Assembly (NCBI GenBank): GCA_005776365.1
Contig: SXPK01000002.1
Coordinates: forward strand, 1-47,653
Reading direction: 5' to 3'
Length of the DNA: 47,653 nt
Source: Planctomycetia bacterium
Lineage (GTDB): Bacteria > Planctomycetota > UBA1135 > UBA2386
A program made the position numbers and the translations under genes. The notes under the pieces were generated by a model. It saw nothing but the letters and a program-made list of their open reading frames with translations. It did no database searches and was not told the DNA's origin. Numbering within the stretch: the first letter of the stretch is position 1; every line of letters starts with the position of its first letter. Shown here one piece after another: positions 25,474-33,057 of the stretch.

Positions 25474-26913
25474 CTAGCGGGGGTTGGCCTCGTCGTGCTC
25501 GTCCGAAACATCGAGCAGCCGGGCGGAGGCAGGCTCGATGCCGAGTTCCTTCAACCGGCGGTGCACGTGGCCGCGCGAGAGGCCCGACAACCGAGCGGCT
25601 TCCGTCACCGAGCCACCGGCGCGAACGAGCAGCGCGCTGAAGTAAGCCTGGTCGAACTGCCGCCGGGAGGCTTCGTAGTCGGTCGGACCGCTGACCGCTT
25701 CGCCGCCGCGAACCTCGGCCGGCAAGTCGCCAGTGCCGATGCAGTCGCGATCGCCGGCGAGCGCGGCCATCCGCTCGGTGAGGTTTTCCAGTTCGCGCAC
25801 GTTCCCGGGCCAGTCATAGCCGGACAACGCGGCCAAGGCGTCGACGGTGGCCGTGGCTGGTCCACGACGGGCGCGGGTCCGCAACGCGGCGAGCTTGCGC
25901 AGGACGAGCAAGGGGATGTCCTCGCGCCGCTCGCGCAGCGCGGGCGCGCGCAAAGAAACGACCTGAAGCCGCCAGAGCAGTTCGTGCCGGAATGACCCTT
26001 CGACAGCCATCGCTTGCAGGTCGCGGTTGGTCGCGGCGATGAAGCGCGACGTGCAATGCAGTGGCGCGACGCCGCCGACTGGAGTGAATTCGCGGTCCTG
26101 CAAGAGGCGCTCGAGCTTCGCCTGCGCGCCGAGGCTCAGTTCTCCGATCTCGTCGAGAAAGAGCGTGCCGCAATTGCTGCGCTCGCAGATGCCGGTCTTG
26201 CGTTGCAGCGCGCCGGTGAAGGCACCCTGCTCGTGACCAAATAGCGTGGACTCGAACAGCGTCTCCGGGATGGCGGCGCAGTTGGCGACGACGAAGGGGC
26301 CGTGCCTGCGCGCCGAAGCCGCGTGCAGGGCGCGTGCGAGCACGGACTTGCCGGTGCCAGACTCGCCGAGGATGAGCACGGTCGCGTCGCTCTTGCCGAG
26401 CAGCTCGATGTCGCGCTGGACGGCGCGCATTGCCGGGCTCTCGGCGACGAGCGGCGGGCCGAAGGAGCCGTCGTCTGCTTCCCTGCGCAACGCGATGTTG
26501 TCGTCGAGCACGTCGCGCACCGCCAGCGCGCGAGACAGCCGCAGCGCTAGCTCCTCGATCTCGAATGGCTTCTGCAGGAAGTCCGCGGCGCCGAGTTTGG
26601 TCGCCTCGACTGCCTGGACGACGCCGCCGTGCGCGGTCATCAGCACGACCACGGTGCTTGGCGCCAGCGACTTGCAGCGAGCGAGCACTGCCATGCCGTC
26701 GAGTCCGGGCATGCGAAGGTCGAGGGCCATCGCCGAAAACTGCCGCCGTTGCAGCAACGCGACCGCGGCCTCGCCGTCAGCCGCAGTTTCGACTGCGTAG
26801 CCGCAACGCTTCAGGCCACGGGCCACGAAGTGGCGCATCGATTCCTCGTCGTCGACGACGAGCACAGAAACAGGCGCTGGTCCAGCAGGCGACATCGGCG
26901 CGGAAGGTAACAA
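25474..26913 (-). CDS. Sigma54-dependent response regulator (NtrC family: REC, AAA+ and Fis-type HTH domains)
   Basis: The REC domain is VLVVDDEESMRHF...ALDLRMPGLDG. Walker A is GESGTGKS and the GAFTGA sigma54-contact loop is present. ELFxxxxGAFTG-type context and R-finger regions are also seen. The C-terminal HTH is VTEAARLSGLSRGHVHRRLKELGI. Confidence 0.9.
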   Translation of the reverse strand: MLPSAPMSPAGPAPVSVLVVDDEESMRHFVARGLKRCGYAVETAADGEAAVALLQRRQFSAMALDLRMPGLDGMAVLARCKSLAPSTVVVLMTAHGGVVQAVEATKLGAADFLQKPFEIEELALRLSRALAVRDVLDDNIALRREADDGSFGPPLVAESPAMRAVQRDIELLGKSDATVLILGESGTGKSVLARALHAASARRHGPFVVANCAAIPETLFESTLFGHEQGAFTGALQRKTGICERSNCGTLFLDEIGELSLGAQAKLERLLQDREFTPVGGVAPLHCTSRFIAATNRDLQAMAVEGSFRHELLWRLQVVSLRAPALRERREDIPLLVLRKLAALRTRARRGPATATVDALAALSGYDWPGNVRELENLTERMAALAGDRDCIGTGDLPAEVRGGEAVSGPTDYEASRRQFDQAYFSALLVRAGGSVTEAARLSGLSRGHVHRRLKELGIEPASARLLDVSDEHDEANPR

Positions 26914-26989
26914 GATCCAGAGTCATGTGGAGGGGGCGAAGGAAGGTCTGGCTCGATGGCGCCTCTCGGCTGTTCCGCTCCCGTGATGC

Positions 26990-27011
26990 GGTGTCGCCTG
27001 GATGCGACACC
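26990..27011. promoter_or_regulatory. Perfect 8-bp inverted repeat GGTGTCGC-N6-GCGACACC, a candidate operator or UAS upstream of the sigma54 regulator gene
   Basis: This was read directly from the sequence. It is located about 80-100 nt upstream of the regulator ATG (26913) in the 295-nt kinase-regulator spacer, and is flanked by a GATGC direct repeat. Confidence 0.3.
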
Positions 27012-27184
27012 TTGGACCCAGGCGGCCCTCGCAGCCTGACCATGACGCTGAGACTCTGGCAGCAGGGGTGACCGCCAACGCCAAGAACGAAGTCGAAGCC
27101 AGGGATTCAAAGCAACTCGTCCGACGCCGGGCTCGTCCTCGATGCCGGACATCGCCGGCCGCGTTCCGTTCTGCTGCCTGCTGG

Positions 27185-27202
27185 CTGGCACCGAAGTGCC
27201 AG
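27185..27202 (-). terminator. Stable stem-loop 6 nt downstream of the histidine kinase stop, with a C(UUCG)G tetraloop on the transcript
   Basis: The plus strand reads CTGGCAC-CGAA-GTGCCAG. The minus-strand RNA reads CUGGCAC-UUCG-GUGCCAG, a perfect 7-bp stem. There is no U-tract, so it may be a processing or stability element or a partial terminator between the kinase and regulator genes. Confidence 0.45.
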
Positions 27203-27208
27203 AGACGA

Positions 27209-28573
27209 TCACCCGCGCGGCAGTCGGATCAAGAACGTCGAGCCTTGGCCGAGCGTGCTGGCGACAGACAGAAGGCCGCCGTGCGCCTCGATGATTCCGA
27301 ACGACACCGACAGTCCGAGACCGGTGCCGCGTTGCGAAGCGTCTCTCGCGTCAGCTCGCGTGGTGAAAAAGGGCTCGAACACGCGCTGCAGATCCTGTTC
27401 GGCGATGCCGCAGCCGGTGTCGCGCACGCGCACGATGACAGCATCGCCGTCCTTCGCAGCCTCGAGGTCCACGCGGCCACCGGACTCGGTGGCTTGCAGC
27501 GCGTTGGTGATCAGGTTGACGAAGACTTGATGCAGCGCGCCATCGTCGGCGATCACGGCCAGTGGCTCGGCGAGTTGCGCGTCGAGCGCGACGCCGCGGC
27601 GCCTTGCTTCGGGCTGCAGCAACGCGATTGCGTCATTCGCCACCTGCGCGAGGTCGCATGCGCGGCGCGTGCCCTGATCGCGCCTGGCGAAGCGCTTCAA
27701 TTGATCGATGATGGTGGTCGCCCGGTCGGTCGCACGGAGGATCACGTCCAGCGTCGTCCGAGAATCGTCGTCCCTCGCTTCGGAACGTGCCTCCCTGGCG
27801 CAGCCACGGATGCCGCCGATCAGGTTGTGGAACTCATGCGCGAGGCCGCCAGCGAGGGCGCCGAGCGAGGCCATCTTGGCGGCCTGCGCGAGTTCCTTCG
27901 TCTTCTGCGCCACCTGTTGTTCGAGGCCGCGGTTGTGCGCGTCGAGCGCCAGTCGCGAGCGCCGCACTTCCTCAGTCATCGAAGCGAAGTCGGCGGCGAG
28001 TTCGCCGATTTCATCGTTGGAGGCAGCCGTGTTGACTGCTGTGAGGTCTCCGTCGGCGAGCCGGCGTGTCGCGTGCTGTAGCGCACGAACCGGACGAACG
28101 ACGAGGCGATGGAGTCCTAGCGCGAGCACGAGCGCCGCGGCCAAGAAGGACAGTGCCAGGAGCTCGAGGTGCACGGCGCGCAAGTCGCGCTCGAAGGTCC
28201 GCAGCAGTTGCTCCTGCTCGTATCGAAGGTCCGCGAGCGCTTCGTCGAGTTCGCGGCCCGCGCGGTGTCGGGCTTGTTCAGCGCGCCCCGCAAGCGCGGT
28301 CTCGCGCTCTTCATCGGGGAGACGAGCCAACTCCAACGACCACGCGCGGTGTTGCTCGGCCTGCCGCGTCGCGATCTCACGCATCGCGGTGACGCCGTGC
28401 TCGACCAGCACGGCGCTCCGGTCGCGAAATGCTGCGTTCGTGCGTGGCTCGACGACGAAGAACAGCGCCAACGCAAAGGCCGCACACAGCGCCGCAACCG
28501 CGAGTAGCAGCTTGTGCAGCAAACGGAGGTTGCCGCCGCGCGAAGGTCTTGGCGTGCTCGTCGTCCAGGTCAT
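27209..28573 (-). CDS. Sensor histidine kinase (2 TM, helical periplasmic segment, HAMP, HisKA, HATPase_c)
   Basis: The start is taken at in-frame ATG 28573 (MTWTTSTPRPS...). The helices are TM1 LLLAVAALCAAFALALFFVV and TM2 LLALSFLAAALVLALGL. The HAMP domain is RPVRALQHATRRLADGDL. The H-box is GGLAHEFHNLIGGI, the N-box is VFVNLITNALQA, and the G-boxes are DTGCGI and GTGLGLS. The upstream part of the 576-aa track ORF overlaps the next gene. Confidence 0.85.
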   Translation of the reverse strand: MTWTTSTPRPSRGGNLRLLHKLLLAVAALCAAFALALFFVVEPRTNAAFRDRSAVLVEHGVTAMREIATRQAEQHRAWSLELARLPDEERETALAGRAEQARHRAGRELDEALADLRYEQEQLLRTFERDLRAVHLELLALSFLAAALVLALGLHRLVVRPVRALQHATRRLADGDLTAVNTAASNDEIGELAADFASMTEEVRRSRLALDAHNRGLEQQVAQKTKELAQAAKMASLGALAGGLAHEFHNLIGGIRGCAREARSEARDDDSRTTLDVILRATDRATTIIDQLKRFARRDQGTRRACDLAQVANDAIALLQPEARRRGVALDAQLAEPLAVIADDGALHQVFVNLITNALQATESGGRVDLEAAKDGDAVIVRVRDTGCGIAEQDLQRVFEPFFTTRADARDASQRGTGLGLSVSFGIIEAHGGLLSVASTLGQGSTFLIRLPRG

Positions 28574-28586
28574 GCCGCCGGAGAGG

Positions 28587-29630
28587 CTAGCGCGGGCAGG
28601 GGTGCTGCGCCTTGGCGTTGCTGCTCCCCGCTCCAACGGCCTGGTTCGGCGCATCGGCAGCGCCGCGGCTTCTCCGGAAGACCACGCTGGCGACCCTGCG
28701 CGATCCGAAGAACCCGCCGGATCGCATCGCATCCAGGTCCAGGCCGATGTAGCCGAGCAGCAATCCGTGCACGAATAACGCGAACAGCAGGTTGGGACAG
28801 ATGACGATCGTCGTGCCCATGGCGATGGCGTAGGACGCCATGCCGAGCAAGGTGAAGACGAGCCTGCCGCCGCCGAGGCGCAGCCCGATCGCCGCCGCTG
28901 CTGCGCCAGACGCGACGAGCCACACGGGCCACGCACCAAGGGGTTGGTAGCCGCGGAACATCAGGCCAAATGCAGTGAGGAGCACGCTCAGGCAACCGAC
29001 CAGTGCGCCTTGGCCGAGCACGCGCCGCAACGAGTCTCGACGCTGCTCAAAGAGGCATTGGAATTGGTCCTGCTTGCCGCGCCACTCGCTGCGCAGGCGA
29101 TCTTGTTCGTGCTGCGGCAGCGCACGGAACCACGGCAGGCCTTCGCGCGCGTCACGCTGTTCGAATCGCAGTTCCGTCGCGCAATCGACTGTGGCGTCCG
29201 GCGCCGGCTGCGGCACGGATGGCTCCGTTCGCGGCTCGACGTCGAGGCTTGGGTTCTTTCTCGACGCGCGGCGAAAGGCCTGCGCGATCGGATCGCGCGT
29301 CGTGGCCTGCTTGCTCAACCGTTCCCGCAGCGCCTGCAGCGCCGCTTCGGCGCAGGGCCCGGGAGGCGAGTGCTGGTTGCGCGAACCCGGGTGCATAGCT
29401 GGCGTCGGCGGCACCGTGGGCTTTGGCATCGCGATGGCCTTCGCGTTCTCGCGGGCCGCGTCCTTTCTCGCTGGCGTCTCGACGGACTCTTGCGCGAGCG
29501 GCGCCCAGTCGTCGTTTGCATCAGCAGCACGAGTCACGAGGGCTCTTATCGACCGTGTCGGGGCGTCTCGTCGGGCGACATCGGGCTTGCGCCCATGGCA
29601 GGGCGTCTTCCTCGACGACCTCGCGCTCAA
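28587..29630 (-). CDS. Hypothetical membrane protein: Pro/Arg-rich hydrophilic N-terminal half and 4 predicted TM helices in the C-terminal half
   Basis: The ORF is 347 aa and ends 13 nt upstream of the kinase ATG. The C-terminal hydrophobic segments are GALVGCLSVLLTAFGLMF, WPVWLVASGAAAAAIGL, LVFTLLGMASYAIAMGTTIVI and LLFALFVHGLLLGYIGL. I recognise no family. The N-terminal extent and start are uncertain. Confidence 0.45.
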   Translation of the reverse strand: MSARSSRKTPCHGRKPDVARRDAPTRSIRALVTRAADANDDWAPLAQESVETPARKDAARENAKAIAMPKPTVPPTPAMHPGSRNQHSPPGPCAEAALQALRERLSKQATTRDPIAQAFRRASRKNPSLDVEPRTEPSVPQPAPDATVDCATELRFEQRDAREGLPWFRALPQHEQDRLRSEWRGKQDQFQCLFEQRRDSLRRVLGQGALVGCLSVLLTAFGLMFRGYQPLGAWPVWLVASGAAAAAIGLRLGGGRLVFTLLGMASYAIAMGTTIVICPNLLFALFVHGLLLGYIGLDLDAMRSGGFFGSRRVASVVFRRSRGAADAPNQAVGAGSSNAKAQHPCPR

Positions 29631-29663
29631 CGTGCTGCGCGTGAAGTGCAGCAGTGCGACGCT

Positions 29664-30398
29664 TCAGAACTTCGCGCCGAAACCGAGCACCAAGCCGGTG
29701 AACGTCGTGTCCGCGCCAAGGATCGTCACGCCGACGACGTCTTCGCTCTCCGCATAGCTGGTGCGACGCACCAAGAAGCCGATGTCGAACCAAACCTGGG
29801 AGAACTGCAGCCTTGACGCGAGCCCAGCATCGAGATGCGTCATGGTGGTGTTCCACTGTTCGGTCGAAGGCTCGGTCTCCGCGACCGACATGCCGATGCC
29901 GACGCCGAGGCGAGCCGGCAAGGACCAACGAAACCCGTCGCCAGCGGCCAACTCGAGATCCGGCGCGAGTTCGAGTCGAGGGCCAAGCGAGGACCAGTTG
30001 AGTTCCGCGCCGCCGAGGTTTTGCGTCAGGCCATAGCTGCGAAAGAACAGGCCAAAGCGCAGCGGCAGTGGGGACTCTTCATCGCCAAATAGCGCGGTGC
30101 CGTGGAAGAACAGTTCGCTGTCGGTGGCCTCGCCGGTCGCGATGGGCACTGCCTCTGCGAACATGTCGTCGTCACTCGCTGACCCCTCGAGTCGAATGCC
30201 GCCGCCGACCCGCTCCGAGAACATCGCTTCTGCTCCGAGCGCGAAATAGCCCGCCGACGTCGTGTCGTCCAAGGCGGTGCCGTGGGTCTTGTGCTCCATC
30301 GTGCCGGCGCCGAAAGCGACGGCGGCTTTGACGTCATGGGCCGTGGCGCAGGCGCCGGAGAGGAGGCTGAGGAGGAGGAGGCTGAGGTTCTTCCGCAT
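29664..30398 (-). CDS. Small outer-membrane beta-barrel protein (OmpW/OmpA-beta-barrel-like, family unassigned)
   Basis: The start is at in-frame ATG 30398 (MRKNLSLLLLSLLSGACATA signal peptide). The sequence alternates hydrophobic and polar residues, is rich in Gly and aromatics, and ends ...GLVLGFGAKF with the terminal Phe typical of BAM substrates. Confidence 0.6.
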   Translation of the reverse strand: MRKNLSLLLLSLLSGACATAHDVKAAVAFGAGTMEHKTHGTALDDTTSAGYFALGAEAMFSERVGGGIRLEGSASDDDMFAEAVPIATGEATDSELFFHGTALFGDEESPLPLRFGLFFRSYGLTQNLGGAELNWSSLGPRLELAPDLELAAGDGFRWSLPARLGVGIGMSVAETEPSTEQWNTTMTHLDAGLASRLQFSQVWFDIGFLVRRTSYAESEDVVGVTILGADTTFTGLVLGFGAKF

Positions 30399-30460
30399 CG
30401 CAACACGGATACCGACGCGCCAGAGCCAATGCAAAGGTCAGCCTGCCAACAATGCCCGGG

Positions 30461-31837
30461 TCAGGTGAGCCGCGGCGGCAAGGTCTCGTCGCACTCGGCA
30501 GCAAATAGCGGCGCTTCCTTGCAACCTGCCAGCGATGCCACTGTCGACGATGGGAACTTCTCGATGCGGTCGTTCCACTCGGTGACCACGTCGTCGTAGA
30601 AGCTGCGCGCATGCGCGATCTTCTCCTCGATGGCCCACAGCCGCTCGTGAAGGTCGCGATACAGCTCCGAAGCCAAGAGCGACGGATGTCGTTCGTGCAG
30701 CAATAGGACGGACCGCACGGCCACAAGCGCGCCCGGTTCGTCGCGCACTGCGGCATCGACGTCCTCGCCTGAGCGAATGGCGGCGAGGCTCTGCAGCAGC
30801 GACGATTCGTGCGCCGTAAAGGCGCGAACGACTTCGACCAGGTTGGGCACGAGATCGTGGCGCATGGCGAGCTCGACTGAGATCTGCTTCTTCGCCGTGG
30901 TCACCTGGTGCCGCAGTCGCACGAGCCGGTTGTAGGTCAGGAGCCACCATTGCGGCAGCCATACGATCAGCCCAAACGAGGCGGCGATCGCCCACGCTTC
31001 GCCAGTTTCCGCCCTGCGCGCGATGCCAGCCGCGACCGCGACGCCGGCAAACGGGAAGAGTAGTGCAAAGAAGAACAGCCACGCTTCGGCGGAGTGCGAG
31101 GACTTGACGCGGTCCTTGGGCGAGAGTCGCGTGACGAGCAGCGGGACTTCGCGCAAGGAGCCAAAGGTGCCATCGTCGAGTTTGACGCCGAGCACGCTCA
31201 CGTCGGCGTCGATCGGCAGGTAGGTGGCGCAATGGCGTCGCGTCATGGTCTGGTAGGAGTAGCCCGAGTCTTCCATCGCTTCGTTGTCGGCCTCTCGCAG
31301 CAACACGCGGACTTGCTCCCCGTCGTCGAGGTCGAAGTTCTGCGTCGCACCCTCAGAGTGCACGGTCTCCCAATGCGTGGAGGTCTCGGTGCGGGTCTTG
31401 CCGTCCTTGTCCGTCACCGTGCGTGTGGTCGTGACTTCTTTCTCGATGAGATACGTATAGGCGACGCAGGAGATGTCGAACCACGGGCATAGCAACGGGT
31501 CTCGGCTGCGGACCTTGCCGGTCAACCAAGCGTCATCGTGCGTCGCCAGCGCTCGGATCGGGAGCCGCGGTGCACGCGCCAGGACGAACGTCGCGTGGTC
31601 TCTCTTGCGCAGCAGGCGCGCGATCATCCATCCGAGCAGGATGCCGATGGCCGCGACCAGCGTTGCTGCTTCCTCGGGCGTCAAGCTGGCGGCAAGCACG
31701 GAGTCATTCGAGCCCGCGTCCGCTTGCAGGGCAATCTCGGAGCCCGCGCCTTTGCTGCCGGAGTCGTTGCAGTTGGTGCAAGTCGCAACGAGCCAGCAAT
31801 CCGTCGGGTGGATCGTGGGACGAACCGCCGGCAACAT
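30461..31837 (-). CDS. Membrane protein fusing an N-terminal GIDE-like (TM-flanked beta-rich) module to a C-terminal LemA domain
   Basis: The product is 458 aa. The C-terminal ~190 aa are clearly LemA-like (YNRLVRLRHQVTTAKKQISVELAMRHDLVPNLVEVV...FYDDVVTEWNDRIEKFPSSTVA). The N-terminal part has a TM helix, then WLTGKVRSRDPLLCPWFDISCVAYTYLIEKE..., then two more TM helices. That layout matches my memory of bacterial GIDE (PF12483) proteins. Confidence 0.7.
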   Translation of the reverse strand: MLPAVRPTIHPTDCWLVATCTNCNDSGSKGAGSEIALQADAGSNDSVLAASLTPEEAATLVAAIGILLGWMIARLLRKRDHATFVLARAPRLPIRALATHDDAWLTGKVRSRDPLLCPWFDISCVAYTYLIEKEVTTTRTVTDKDGKTRTETSTHWETVHSEGATQNFDLDDGEQVRVLLREADNEAMEDSGYSYQTMTRRHCATYLPIDADVSVLGVKLDDGTFGSLREVPLLVTRLSPKDRVKSSHSAEAWLFFFALLFPFAGVAVAAGIARRAETGEAWAIAASFGLIVWLPQWWLLTYNRLVRLRHQVTTAKKQISVELAMRHDLVPNLVEVVRAFTAHESSLLQSLAAIRSGEDVDAAVRDEPGALVAVRSVLLLHERHPSLLASELYRDLHERLWAIEEKIAHARSFYDDVVTEWNDRIEKFPSSTVASLAGCKEAPLFAAECDETLPPRLT

Positions 31838-31927
31838 CAGGTTGTCGACTCGAAAGGGTGAATGCGCCGCGGGTGGTCGGTCTCGAACGCGCAGCGAAGC
31901 ATCACTGCCGCAGCTACGGATCCCGGG

Positions 31928-32794
31928 TCATTTGCTATTGGATTGTCGCCGTGTCGCGTCGATCTCCGCGAAGGTCACGTCGAGCAGCGGATACTGCTGC
32001 CAGGTCGCGTGGTCGAAGTGCCACCATTCGCCGTCGTAGACCGAGAAGCCTTGTGCTTCCATCGCCGCACGAAGCAGGTCGCGCCGCCAGCGTTGCATAG
32101 GCGTTCCGCCCGCGAACTCCGGGTGTGCGGCTTCGGTGAAGGCGTCGAATCCGCTCGGCATGAAGAGCGCGCGGCCGGTGGCGAGGTCGAACAACGACAG
32201 GTCGATCGCGCCGCCGCGGTTGTGGCGCGAACCGGAGCTCGGATCGGCGACGAAATCGCGCTGGGCCAGTGGCGTCGCTTCCCAGAACAGCTTCGTCACG
32301 CGCCACGGTCGATATCCATCGTGCAGCAGGAGGCCCATGCCAAAGGACCGCAGGCTCTCGTGCGCGCGCACGAGCGCCTCGGCGGCGGGCCGCTGCAAGA
32401 ACACGCGCGCTTCGTCGTAGACACGAGCGCTCAGGAAGTTGTCTGTCGTCGCGTAGCGGACATCGAGCTTCAGCGACGGATCGAGTTGCGTCGGTTCGAC
32501 GAGGTCCGGTGCGCGGGCCGTTGCAGGCTGCTGCGGCGGCACTGCGCCCTTGCAGCGCTCGCGCAAGACGGCGATCTCTGCCGTCAGTTGCACGCGGTAA
32601 GCCCCGTCCTTGGGCGGCGGGTCGGCATCGTCGGCCGGCGGCCTTCTGGCAGCGACCGTCTGCAGGTCGGGACCATGGGGCAGCGTGCCCGGAGCACGGT
32701 CGTCGGTGGCGCCGCAGGCGGCGAGAATCGTCAGCGCCGGGGCTGCGAGCGGGAACTTGATGCCATCCGACTTCGGCATGTCCTCAGCGTGCAT
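31928..32794 (-). CDS. D-alanyl-D-alanine dipeptidase (VanX/DdpX, peptidase M15D), predicted lipoprotein
   Basis: This is the real part of the 401-aa track ORF. The start is at ATG 32794 or 32779 (…PLAAPALTILAACGA, with a lipobox). VanX motifs seen are LDVRYATTDNF, DGYRPW, SRHNRGGAIDL and GEWWHFD. Confidence 0.85.
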   Translation of the reverse strand: MHAEDMPKSDGIKFPLAAPALTILAACGATDDRAPGTLPHGPDLQTVAARRPPADDADPPPKDGAYRVQLTAEIAVLRERCKGAVPPQQPATARAPDLVEPTQLDPSLKLDVRYATTDNFLSARVYDEARVFLQRPAAEALVRAHESLRSFGMGLLLHDGYRPWRVTKLFWEATPLAQRDFVADPSSGSRHNRGGAIDLSLFDLATGRALFMPSGFDAFTEAAHPEFAGGTPMQRWRRDLLRAAMEAQGFSVYDGEWWHFDHATWQQYPLLDVTFAEIDATRRQSNSK

Positions 32795-33057
32795 GGAAGA
32801 AGGTCCACAGTAAAGCTCGGCTCCGCCGCCATGTTTCGCGGAACGCATCGACAACAAGGACGGCTCGCCTCGTCGTGCGCTTGCTGCATGGCGCCGACAA
32901 TGTGGTGAGCTTCCACGATCGCGAGTTCTTGGTCCGCGCTCGGAACCGGTGGAGGACTCACTCGCGCAAGGCGGTAGGTAGCGCGTTAGCATCGAAGGAC
33001 CGCTGCGACCTTCGTGGCGGCTCCTCAAGACGGCCGGGCTTGACTCGGTCATCCGCG

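Noticed and set aside
27185-27202. A TGGCAC on the plus strand could be a sigma54 -24 element.
   Set aside because: It is one arm of the CTGGCAC-CGAA-GTGCCAG hairpin. The -12 position is off by one (TGCC rather than TTGC in register). No plus-strand gene lies downstream.
26811-27212. A 133-aa minus-strand ORF fills the kinase-regulator spacer.
   Set aside because: It overlaps both the kinase stop and the regulator start. It has Arg/Pro/Ser-rich composition and no Shine-Dalgarno or recognisable motif. I treat the spacer as non-coding.
30404-30450. A sigma54-like sequence, TGGCAG...TTTGCA, lies on the minus strand upstream of the outer-membrane beta-barrel gene.
   Set aside because: The GG and GC dinucleotides are separated by 13 nt rather than the obligatory 10. 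Sigma54 promoters do not tolerate this spacing change.
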